A stretch of 64,000 nt of DNA from Limisphaerales bacterium. GTDB taxonomy: Bacteria > Verrucomicrobiota > Verrucomicrobiia > Limisphaerales > UBA11358. The notes under the pieces are model-generated. The model made no database searches and was not told the origin of the DNA. It worked only from the letters and a program-made list of their open reading frames with translations. Both the position numbers and the translations under genes were made by a program. Positions 9,483 through 16,748 of this stretch are shown here, in pieces. The stretch covers positions 10,563 through 74,562 of the forward strand of contig JANYFN010000054.1 of NCBI GenBank assembly GCA_025362675.1, written 5' to 3'. Every line of letters starts with the position of its first letter. The stretch's first letter is position 1.

Positions 9483-9902
9483 ATGAGACATTTGAAGCGC
9501 ACGGCCAAACTGGGCCGCACCTCGGAACATCGCAATGCGATGCTCGCCAACTTAGTTTGCAGCTTGATCGAACACAAGCGCGTGACGACGACTCTGGCCA
9601 AGGCCAAAGCCGCTCGCTCTGTCGCTGAAAAATTGGTCACGCTCGGTAAGAAGGGCACCATTCATCACCGTCGTCTGGCTGTCGCCCGCTTACACCAGGA
9701 AGATGCCGCAAAAATCTTGTTCAAGGAAATCGCGCCGGTGTATAAAGATCGCAAGGGCGGTTACACTCGCATCATCCGCATGGAAAATCGTGTGGGTGAC
9801 GCCGCCCAGCGCGCGATTTTGGAATGGGTTGATTTCACCCCCGCCGCGCCGGTTGAAGCTACACCTGCTGAGGCCGCAAAAGCCGACGATAAAAAGAAGT
9901 AA
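9483..9902 (+). CDS. rplQ: 50S ribosomal protein L17
   Basis: 139 aa. MRHLKRTAKLGRTSEHRNAMLANL.. and ..GGYTRI.. are L17 patterns. It has an Ala/Pro/Lys-rich C-terminal tail. Confidence 0.95.
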   Translation: MRHLKRTAKLGRTSEHRNAMLANLVCSLIEHKRVTTTLAKAKAARSVAEKLVTLGKKGTIHHRRLAVARLHQEDAAKILFKEIAPVYKDRKGGYTRIIRMENRVGDAAQRAILEWVDFTPAAPVEATPAEAAKADDKKK

Positions 9903-9920
9903 GATTTAGTTCAACAAAAT

Positions 9921-9950
9921 GCCCGCTCTTATCGAGCGGGCTTTTTTATT
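9921..9950 (+). terminator. Rho-independent terminator closing the alpha operon
   Basis: Perfect 8-bp stem GCCCGCTC / GAGCGGGC (9921-9928 / 9934-9941) with a 5-nt loop, followed by TTTTTTATT (9942-9950). It lies 19 nt after the rplQ stop. The convergent protease gene ends at 10017, so it may act on both strands. Confidence 0.85.
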
Positions 9951-10016
9951 TGAAATTTTTACTTCGAATTTTGCCGGGAATGTGGTCGCTTGAATTATTA
10001 ATAATGAAAACGTGTG

Positions 10017-13000
10017 TTAAGGGCCGAGAAATCGGGCGCGGTAGAACGAAACTGGCCGACTGCATATATTTGAATCTGTGAAAAACGCCGAGCCGCTCGC
10101 CGACAGAGAATTGGTCGAAATATTTGTCCAACTAGACAGATTGGCGGAAGTCTGCAAAACAAAGTTGCTGGTGCTGGGACCGTTGATGCTGAAATTGAAA
10201 AGGCAGTTTTGGACGCTGATTGGTGTCAGCACTAATTGGGAACTGATGAAGCGCGTGTGAAAAAACAAATTTCCACTGGCACCATTCCAGCCGCCGGCTT
10301 GAATAAAATACGTCGCTCCGGCAAGCACGCTGTTAGTGGTTGCTGAGGTGTAATTGCCTCCGCTGTCATCATCGCAGCCGATCTGGGTGAGTGTGCCGCA
10401 CGTGCCAGAATAGATTCCCAGAACCGTGTCGAAGCTGCTGCCGATGGTATCAACCATCAAATTGCCGCTGGTGGCGGGCGTGAAAACATACCAGACGCCT
10501 TTGCCGAATTGGGTGCCGATGCAGCTTGGTATCGGATCACCGCTGGAGCTGGCGTTGATGGTGGATTGTTCATTGGTGTAGAAAAATCCTGAAACTACAA
10601 AGGCGCTGTTACAAAGATCATTGGCCGGCGGCAGCAGGACGGTTAACACAGCCACTGAACTGGTGGCCGTTCCCAGATAATTGCTGATAAACAGTGTGTA
10701 GTTACCCGCCTGATTCGTGGTGATGCCTGATATCGTGAGCGTGAGATTGGTGGCGTTCGGAATGTTCGTGGAATTAAAGCGCCACCGATAGGAGAGCGTG
10801 GGGAGGCCGTGAACATTGGCGGAAAGTGTCACCGGTTCACCGGCAAACACGGTTTGGTTCGTTGGTTGTGACGTGATAACGGGTGCCCCGAGAACTACCA
10901 GCGTGAAGGTCAGCGGTTCTAGCGCGACGCCCATCGTAGTGTTGCTAAACTGCGCGGTGGCGAGGTAGCTGCCTGCAGTGAGGTTGCTCGCGACGGTATT
11001 CAGTTTGAATTGCACCGTAGTCGCTGCGCCGCTGGCGAGCGTGCCGCCCGACGAGGATACCTGAAGCCACGCCGACGTGCTGGCGAGTGTCCAGTTCAAC
11101 AAAGCCACGCCGATATTGGTGAGCACAATATTCTGTGACGTGAAGTTAAATGGCCCATTAGGGCCGCCGCTCGCGCTAAAGCCAGCTGCGGGGGAGATGC
11201 GCAAATCGTTAGGCACATCAAAGGCTTCATGCAGCCCGCTCGTGGTGCTGCTTGCGGGTGATGTGGCACTCAGGCCCAGGCCACGTTTCGCGAATGCCGC
11301 CCAGAGCACATTACTGTTCGCGCCGCCGTTATTTACGATATCGGCTTGGATAATGGCATCGCGGGCTTGTAGGAAGTTCGGATGTGGCACGGTCAATTTC
11401 ATGCCGTCAGTCGCGAGTTGTAGCATCAACTGGTTGCCCGTCGGCCAGCCATATTTATTGATCAGATTGACGCGCGCCTCGTTGAGCGTGACGCACCAGA
11501 CTTCGCCTTCGTTGTGGACTTCGCTCCCATCTGGACTGCCGATGGGACCACGCGGAACTCCGCTGTGATCGCTCGCTTGTGCCGGGTCAATATCCTTGAA
11601 CGTCAGTGGACTTTTTGTCATGTCCGTCGAATAGGGGTAACGACGTATACCGAAATAGTAATTTTGCGTGCCACCAGCGAGTTGATAAGTCGCATAACCA
11701 CCAATGGCAAAATTTCCATTAACGTTGTCGCTGGCCTCGCTCAAAAGTGCCAGCGCATAAAAATCCGACCAGCCTTCACCCATGCCGTCTGATTGGACAT
11801 CGCCGAGTGCCTGGCCACCGCCGACGAGTCGCCAACTCACCCCGTGGGTGGCCTCGTGGTAAACTATTTCCGCATCAAGATCTCCATCACGGCGAGGCGT
11901 TTGCGGAGAGAAAATATACATCTGCATCCGCCCCGGCGAACCATCGGGCGGGGTGGAAAAATTTGCATTGTTCACCCCGCTACCATCTTGGGCGTCTGCT
12001 TGCACGGCGTCGTTACCCGCACCACCGCGGGCAAAATTATTGCTCTGAAAATTTCCCGCCGCTTCATCAAAACCCAGGGCGTAAAGCTGGTCGTGATATC
12101 GATTGCACAGATAAAATAATTGCACCACAGCTGTGGGGGCGTAGGCCGTGGGATCTTGCGTGCTGAGATCCACCGCAAAATCGAATACGCGGAACGGCGA
12201 ACCTTGCGGGCGTGGTAAGTCGGGGAGGTCGTCATTATTCCAATCCGTGTGCGCATCCACATTGTTGCCCACCGTCTCGTTTCCGCCGTCCGGAATCCAT
12301 CCGTCCGGCGATGCGTTTGTGTCCATCGCGGCCAAAGTTACGAGCGTTCGCGGCACGATGGCCGGCTGCAAATTGGTGGGGGTCGGCCAGCCAGGAGAAA
12401 ACGGCGAGGGGCTGTCGCTGGTCCATACGCGGTAGCTGGCATTACTCAGGTAGCTCGTCAGACAACGGCGCAATAACACGTCGCCCGTGCGCACATCGAC
12501 GAGGATGCGATACATTTCACCGCGTGTTTTACTCATCAACATCACATCCCAGCACAGGCGCAGCGTATCTTTGTCCATCGGCAACCAGATCAATTTCGCC
12601 TCGGCTTCGCCCTTCAAAACATTGGCTGAAAATTTCTGTCGTTGCTCCGCAGCCGGGGCCGCGCTTCCGATCGAGACGAGTGCTTCGGCCTCAACTTTTT
12701 CCCCAACATTCCTTGCCGCCACCGCGATGGCCTGCCGCGCAGAAACAAGTGGGTTTGACACCAGCGACGCGCGATCGGGCGTGCCGCGCGTGGCCGCCGC
12801 CTCGGGATTGGAAATGAACTGGCTGGAAATACTGACCAGTTCTCCCTGGCGCGTTGTATGCGAAATCAACGTGCTTTCAAACAGCGCGATGCCATCCGCT
12901 TGCTGTTCCCAAACCATCGTGTGCAAGCCGTTATGCGCCGTGACGGCATCGCGTCGGACGCGCGCGGTAGTCAAAGCTTCCGGGCCATGACCAAATAACG

Positions 13001-13352
13001 CCCGGTGTTCTTGCAGAAATGATTTCGTCACATGCTGGGGGTCAGTCACCGCGAAGCTGGCAAGATTTTTTGCGGAAATCGTTCCGCCGTTGCCATCGGG
13101 CCCCGTCAAAAACCCGCCAGTGGACGAAACCATTTTCGGGGCACCGCTTACTGGCTCAAACTCTACTTTCACGCCGGGCGAGGTCTGACGAAGATGATCC
13201 AAAGCGGCCGATTTTTCCGGCATGATCGAGGCGGAAGTATTCCGTGTCCGAGCGTCCAGATTGGGTAAGGGTGTCTGCGCCCGCAGGGTGGTCATCGTGC
13301 CGCAAAGCAACGATAGTAAAACTGTCGTTTTGAAAAGCGATTGAGCCTTCAT
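10017..13352 (-). CDS. Secreted multidomain metalloprotease, fungalysin-type (MEROPS M36-like)
   Basis: The track ORF is 10017-13430. The ATG at 13352 gives the signal peptide MKAQSLFKTTVLLSLLCGTMTTLRAQ. The zinc site HEATHGVSWRLVGGG and the downstream MGEGWSDFYA match fungalysin HExxH / GEGWSDF motifs. An Ig-like I-set segment follows (..PVITSQPTNQTVFAGEPVTLSANV..AGNYTLFISN..). Then come a Cys-bracketed module and a conserved tail. Confidence 0.85.
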   Translation of the reverse strand: MKAQSLFKTTVLLSLLCGTMTTLRAQTPLPNLDARTRNTSASIMPEKSAALDHLRQTSPGVKVEFEPVSGAPKMVSSTGGFLTGPDGNGGTISAKNLASFAVTDPQHVTKSFLQEHRALFGHGPEALTTARVRRDAVTAHNGLHTMVWEQQADGIALFESTLISHTTRQGELVSISSQFISNPEAAATRGTPDRASLVSNPLVSARQAIAVAARNVGEKVEAEALVSIGSAAPAAEQRQKFSANVLKGEAEAKLIWLPMDKDTLRLCWDVMLMSKTRGEMYRILVDVRTGDVLLRRCLTSYLSNASYRVWTSDSPSPFSPGWPTPTNLQPAIVPRTLVTLAAMDTNASPDGWIPDGGNETVGNNVDAHTDWNNDDLPDLPRPQGSPFRVFDFAVDLSTQDPTAYAPTAVVQLFYLCNRYHDQLYALGFDEAAGNFQSNNFARGGAGNDAVQADAQDGSGVNNANFSTPPDGSPGRMQMYIFSPQTPRRDGDLDAEIVYHEATHGVSWRLVGGGQALGDVQSDGMGEGWSDFYALALLSEASDNVNGNFAIGGYATYQLAGGTQNYYFGIRRYPYSTDMTKSPLTFKDIDPAQASDHSGVPRGPIGSPDGSEVHNEGEVWCVTLNEARVNLINKYGWPTGNQLMLQLATDGMKLTVPHPNFLQARDAIIQADIVNNGGANSNVLWAAFAKRGLGLSATSPASSTTSGLHEAFDVPNDLRISPAAGFSASGGPNGPFNFTSQNIVLTNIGVALLNWTLASTSAWLQVSSSGGTLASGAATTVQFKLNTVASNLTAGSYLATAQFSNTTMGVALEPLTFTLVVLGAPVITSQPTNQTVFAGEPVTLSANVHGLPTLSYRWRFNSTNIPNATNLTLTISGITTNQAGNYTLFISNYLGTATSSVAVLTVLLPPANDLCNSAFVVSGFFYTNEQSTINASSSGDPIPSCIGTQFGKGVWYVFTPATSGNLMVDTIGSSFDTVLGIYSGTCGTLTQIGCDDDSGGNYTSATTNSVLAGATYFIQAGGWNGASGNLFFHTRFISSQLVLTPISVQNCLFNFSINGPSTSNFVLQTSANLSSWTNISTNSLSASGSAFFTDSNICSRPVSFYRARFLGP

Positions 13353-13547
13353 GGTGAAATTGATTTGTGAAAATGTGTGAACGATTTTTCTCAAAGCTGG
13401 ATTCGTCCCCAACCCGCAGGCATTCACCACTTTGCTGATTTATACTTCGACTATCTGTCAATTTTTGTGCCTTGCAAGATTTTTTTGCCGCGGCCGACCT
13501 GCGTTTTGAGATTGCCAACCCGCCACCTAATTGAGGATACCAGCGGC

Positions 13548-13871
13548 GTGAAATCTTCCGCCAATTTTTGCATCGTCCTCGTCACCGCACCCGATGTGCG
13601 GACCGCCCGGAAATTGGCGAAGAGTGCGCTATCCGCCCGGCTCGTTGGTTGCGCCAATTTGCTTCCCAAAATTGAATCCCACTATTGCTGGCAAGGCAAA
13701 ATCGAGTCGAGCGCGGAAGTCTTGATCGTTTTTAAAACGCGTCGAACCCGTTTGGCGGCCTTGGAAAAATTGGTGCTGCGTGAGCATCCCTACGAGACAC
13801 CCGAATTCCTTAACTTGCCGGTGAGTGGTGGAACTGAAAAATACCTCGCGTGGCTCGGGAAAAATTGTTGA
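13548..13871 (+). CDS. cutA: Divalent-cation tolerance protein CutA
   Basis: The in-frame GTG at 13548 gives about 107 aa: ..FCIVLVTAPDVRTARKLAKSALSARLVGCANLLPKIESHYCWQGKIE..HPYETPEFLNLPV..YLAWL... This is collinear with E. coli CutA. The track ORF start at 13377 adds an implausible leader. Confidence 0.85.
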   Translation: MKSSANFCIVLVTAPDVRTARKLAKSALSARLVGCANLLPKIESHYCWQGKIESSAEVLIVFKTRRTRLAALEKLVLREHPYETPEFLNLPVSGGTEKYLAWLGKNC

Positions 13872-13915
13872 CGAATTTTTATTGAACCTGCGGCGCACAG
13901 GCGTAAATTGCCGTT

Positions 13916-14635
13916 GTGACTACCGAGAACTTGATTCCCGTTCTGTTGGTTGTTCTGCTTGGCTTTGTGCTTGGCACCGGACTTGTGCTGCTGGGCTGGA
14001 TGCTCGCCGCGCGTCGTCGCGAAGCGCTGCATGATCGGATTCTTTCCCCCAAAAGTTTTTTCCCCGGTGGCGGCATGGGCTTGCAACGCCCCACCTGCTG
14101 GCTCGCCATCCGCGCCGTTTCGCCCGAAGCCGTGAAAGCCGCGCTCGGCCTGAACCGGGCTGAACCTTGTTCTTGGGCCGAAGGACTTTCCGGCAGCCGT
14201 GAATTTTTTATCAGTCCGCGCATCCACGGCTGGGTTATCGTCACTGGTATTGGCCTCCCGCATCCGGGCGATGATGTGGACGCGACCTTTCTTTTTCTCA
14301 CGGCCCTAAGTCGCAAACTCGGCCATGTGCAATTTTTCCACGCCGATCGTTTTTTAACCCATCACGCTTGGGCCCGATTGGATCATGGCTGCGTCACGCG
14401 CGCCTTCGCCTGGACCGGGGAAACCGTCTGGAATCAAGGTAATCCTACGCTGCCGGAAATTGAAACCGGTTTGAGTCTGCCACACTATGGCGAAGTGGTG
14501 ACGGACGCGAAGATCAGAAAAAATCTCCATAAACTTCCGGCGCTGGCCGCGCGTTGGAGCCTCGACCCGGCGGATGTAAAATTGAAATCAACTCGCGAAT
14601 CCATCGGCATTGCCGGCGAATCCGCGCCGTTTTGA
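13916..14635 (+). CDS. Hypothetical membrane-anchored protein
   Basis: 239-aa ORF with a GTG start. It has an N-terminal TM helix (LIPVLLVVLLGFVLGTGLVLLGWMLAA) followed by RRRE. I recognise no family. Confidence 0.55.
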   Translation: MTTENLIPVLLVVLLGFVLGTGLVLLGWMLAARRREALHDRILSPKSFFPGGGMGLQRPTCWLAIRAVSPEAVKAALGLNRAEPCSWAEGLSGSREFFISPRIHGWVIVTGIGLPHPGDDVDATFLFLTALSRKLGHVQFFHADRFLTHHAWARLDHGCVTRAFAWTGETVWNQGNPTLPEIETGLSLPHYGEVVTDAKIRKNLHKLPALAARWSLDPADVKLKSTRESIGIAGESAPF

Positions 14636-14644
14636 ACGTGCCGC

Positions 14645-14908
14645 ATGGTTCCCGAAAATTGTCCCAACTGCGGTGCTGACGTGCCGCGTCGCGCCAAAGC
14701 CTGCCTGGAATGCGGAGCCGATGAGCAGACGGGTTGGTCGGACTCCGCCCACGCAGAAAACCTCGGCCTCCCCGAGGACAATTTCGACTACGCCCAGTTC
14801 GTCAAAGAGGAATTTGGGGGTGCGCCCAAACCGCGCGGGATTTCGTGGCTCTGGTGGATCACGGCGTTAGGCTTGGTTCTGCTTTTCCTCTTCTTATTTT
14901 TTCGCTGA
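14645..14908 (+). CDS. Zinc-ribbon protein with a C-terminal TM helix
   Basis: 87 aa. MVPENCPNCGADVPRRAKACLECGADEQ is a CxxC..CxxC ribbon. The C-terminal hydrophobic helix is ISWLWWITALGLVLLFLFLFF. Confidence 0.6.
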   Translation: MVPENCPNCGADVPRRAKACLECGADEQTGWSDSAHAENLGLPEDNFDYAQFVKEEFGGAPKPRGISWLWWITALGLVLLFLFLFFR

Positions 14909-14918
14909 CTCTGAAAAC

Positions 14919-15281
14919 TCACTCGCCGCGATAAACCGCCCGCGCCGTGCAAGTTTCGGCTACGACGATTTCGGTCAACAACGGCAGCTTTGGTTTCAGC
15001 TTTTTCCAAATCCATACTGCCATAATTTCGCTCGTTGGATTTTCCAGGCCGGGAATTTCATTGAGGTAAAAATGATCGAGCTTTTCCCACAGCGGTTTGA
15101 ACGCCGCCGAAATATCGGCGTAATCCATCAGCCAGCCGAGCTTCGGATCGCACTCGCCAGCGACGACGATTTCCACCGAAAAACTGTGCCCATGCAGCCG
15201 GCGGCACTTGTGGCCCGGCGGCAGCAGCGGCAATAAATGCGCGGCCTCAAACTGAAATGTTTTTCGTAATTCCATTTTCAT
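14919..15281 (-). CDS. queD: 6-carboxy-5,6,7,8-tetrahydropterin synthase
   Basis: [70 protein letters not shown] is nearly collinear with E. coli QueD. The ATG at 15281 is chosen. The track start at 15335 reads through a repeat element. Confidence 0.9.
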   Translation of the reverse strand: MKMELRKTFQFEAAHLLPLLPPGHKCRRLHGHSFSVEIVVAGECDPKLGWLMDYADISAAFKPLWEKLDHFYLNEIPGLENPTSEIMAVWIWKKLKPKLPLLTEIVVAETCTARAVYRGE

Positions 15282-15304
15282 AAAAATTTTCTGGGGCGTA
15301 ATTC

Positions 15305-15350
15305 GTGCTGCGTTAAATCTTTGATCACGCATCACGGATCACTCGTCACG
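15305..15350. repeat. Heptamer-phased repeat element, copy A (GTGCTGC unit plus CACGCATCAC..TCACTCGTCAC core)
   Basis: GTGCTGC lies at 15305-15311. TCA recurs at an exact 7-nt spacing at 15325, 15332, 15339 and 15346, which is TGA on the minus strand. 15346-15348 is the stop codon of the LuxC-like gene. The core string is shared with copy B at 16377-16395. Confidence 0.8.
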
Positions 15351-16722
15351 CTTCCACATCCGTCCACGTCACCAGATCGCCGAGCGCTGGTCGTCCGTCG
15401 TGCCGCCATGTCAGCGGTGGGTTTTGCATCTGGCCGAGTGGACAAATCCGCGTCACGCCCCAGCGCGCAAAGGTCGCGGCCAGCTCGCGCGTTTTTTCCG
15501 GCGGCGCGGCGATGCCGGCGGTCGAAACCTTTCCGTGGAGGTCATCCAGCCCGTGCAGAGCCACCGACGCATCCGGCACTGGTTTCACAAAAATAAAACG
15601 GTGCAGCGGCGAAAACCGGTAGCGCACGTCATGCTCAAACACCACTGTCCACGCGGTCGAATGCAGACTGCGCCAAAGTTTCACGTCGCCGCGATGCGCC
15701 GCCAGCGTTTCATACAGCGCGCGTCGCGTGGCAATTTCAGCCGCCGCCTCCATCGTGATTTCTCCGCGCGGTTCGGCGATTTCGCGCCGGGCCAATTCTA
15801 CCCCGAGCAGTTCCGCAAATTTGTCCGACTCCACCGCGCCGCGTTCCTCGACGTAAATGACCTGTGGCGAAAGGCAGCCATTTTGATCCCACGCCACGAT
15901 GTCATCCGCCGCGCGCGAAACGGTTTCGGCAATCGTTTCGTCGCGCAACACTTCGCGGGCGATGTAGCCAAAACTCACTCGCTGTCCGTAGCCGATGAAG
16001 CGAACTTTTTCCGGCAACCGCGCGCGAACGGCGGCGAGCGTTTTGTCCGCGCCCGTCACGGTCACACAGTTGGCTTCGGCGAACAGCGCATTTTCCAGAT
16101 CCACATTACCGCCACCCCACTCGGCCAGCTCCAGACAAGTGCCGAGTTTGTGATCAAATTCGTAAATGGAATGGGCAAACAGTCGCGGCAGTAGCGACGT
16201 GCCGCTGGCGCATTTCACAAACTGCGCCGAGCGCGTGAGCAAACCGAGCGTCAGGCTCATTAGTGTGGGATTCGGTAAATTGCCTGCCGCGATGTGGACG
16301 AGCAATTCCGGGCCGCGCCAAATGTGCTGCGTGCTGCGTGCTGCGTGCTGCGCTTCGTCGCCGCTTTTTTTCACGCCGCACGCATCACTCGTCACTCCGT
16401 CCCCAAAGTCTTGCGCGAGCAACGCGTGAAAATTTTCCGGCGTGAACTGACGAAAAAATCCATCCAGGCCGCGCTGCAAAACTGCCTTGGAAAATTTGGT
16501 TTCCAGCGGGCCGAATTCCAGCGCCAGTCGGCGGAATTTATTTTCCGGTTGCAACCATTCCGTGCCAACCGCGCAAAGCAGCTTGATGATTTCTTCGGTA
16601 GAGCGCGGCAGTAAATATTTCACGCAGTTACGTTTCAGCGTATCGCACGCCGCAGAAATGATCACCGGCGACAACTCCGCTTCCGGCGGCAGATCGGCGA
16701 GAAAATAATGAGGGAGATTCAT
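15346..16722 (-). CDS. LuxC-type acyl-CoA reductase family protein
   Basis: The ORF frame runs 15346-16770 with a GTG start inside the upstream gene. The ATG at 16722 (MNLPHYFLADLPPE..) is the likely start. The length (~460 aa), the ..LLVHIAAGNLPNP.. motif and its position directly 3' of a LuxE-type gene fit the LuxC family (PF05893, assigned from memory). Confidence 0.7.
   Translation of the reverse strand: MNLPHYFLADLPPEAELSPVIISAACDTLKRNCVKYLLPRSTEEIIKLLCAVGTEWLQPENKFRRLALEFGPLETKFSKAVLQRGLDGFFRQFTPENFHALLAQDFGDGVTSDACGVKKSGDEAQHAARSTQHIWRGPELLVHIAAGNLPNPTLMSLTLGLLTRSAQFVKCASGTSLLPRLFAHSIYEFDHKLGTCLELAEWGGGNVDLENALFAEANCVTVTGADKTLAAVRARLPEKVRFIGYGQRVSFGYIAREVLRDETIAETVSRAADDIVAWDQNGCLSPQVIYVEERGAVESDKFAELLGVELARREIAEPRGEITMEAAAEIATRRALYETLAAHRGDVKLWRSLHSTAWTVVFEHDVRYRFSPLHRFIFVKPVPDASVALHGLDDLHGKVSTAGIAAPPEKTRELAATFARWGVTRICPLGQMQNPPLTWRHDGRPALGDLVTWTDVEA
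16324..16395. repeat. Heptamer-phased repeat element, copy B, in frame inside the LuxC-like CDS
   Basis: (GTGCTGC)x4 lies at 16324-16351. After a spacer comes CACGCATCACTCGTCAC, with TCA at 16371, 16385 and 16392. The total of 72 nt is a multiple of 3. It encodes ..GVTSDACGVKKSGDEAQHAARSTQ.. on the minus strand. Confidence 0.8.
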
Positions 16723-16748
16723 CGGGTTTACGATTTTAGATATACCAT

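Noticed and set aside
15400-16194. 264-aa plus-strand ORF antisense to the LuxC-like gene; similar long antisense ORFs at 19547-20557 (opposite mrp), 30677-31366 (opposite DUF1080) and 12212-12817 (opposite the protease)
   Set aside because: Each overlaps a gene with clear family motifs on the other strand. Their R/G/A/H-rich low-information sequences are what GC-rich antisense frames give.
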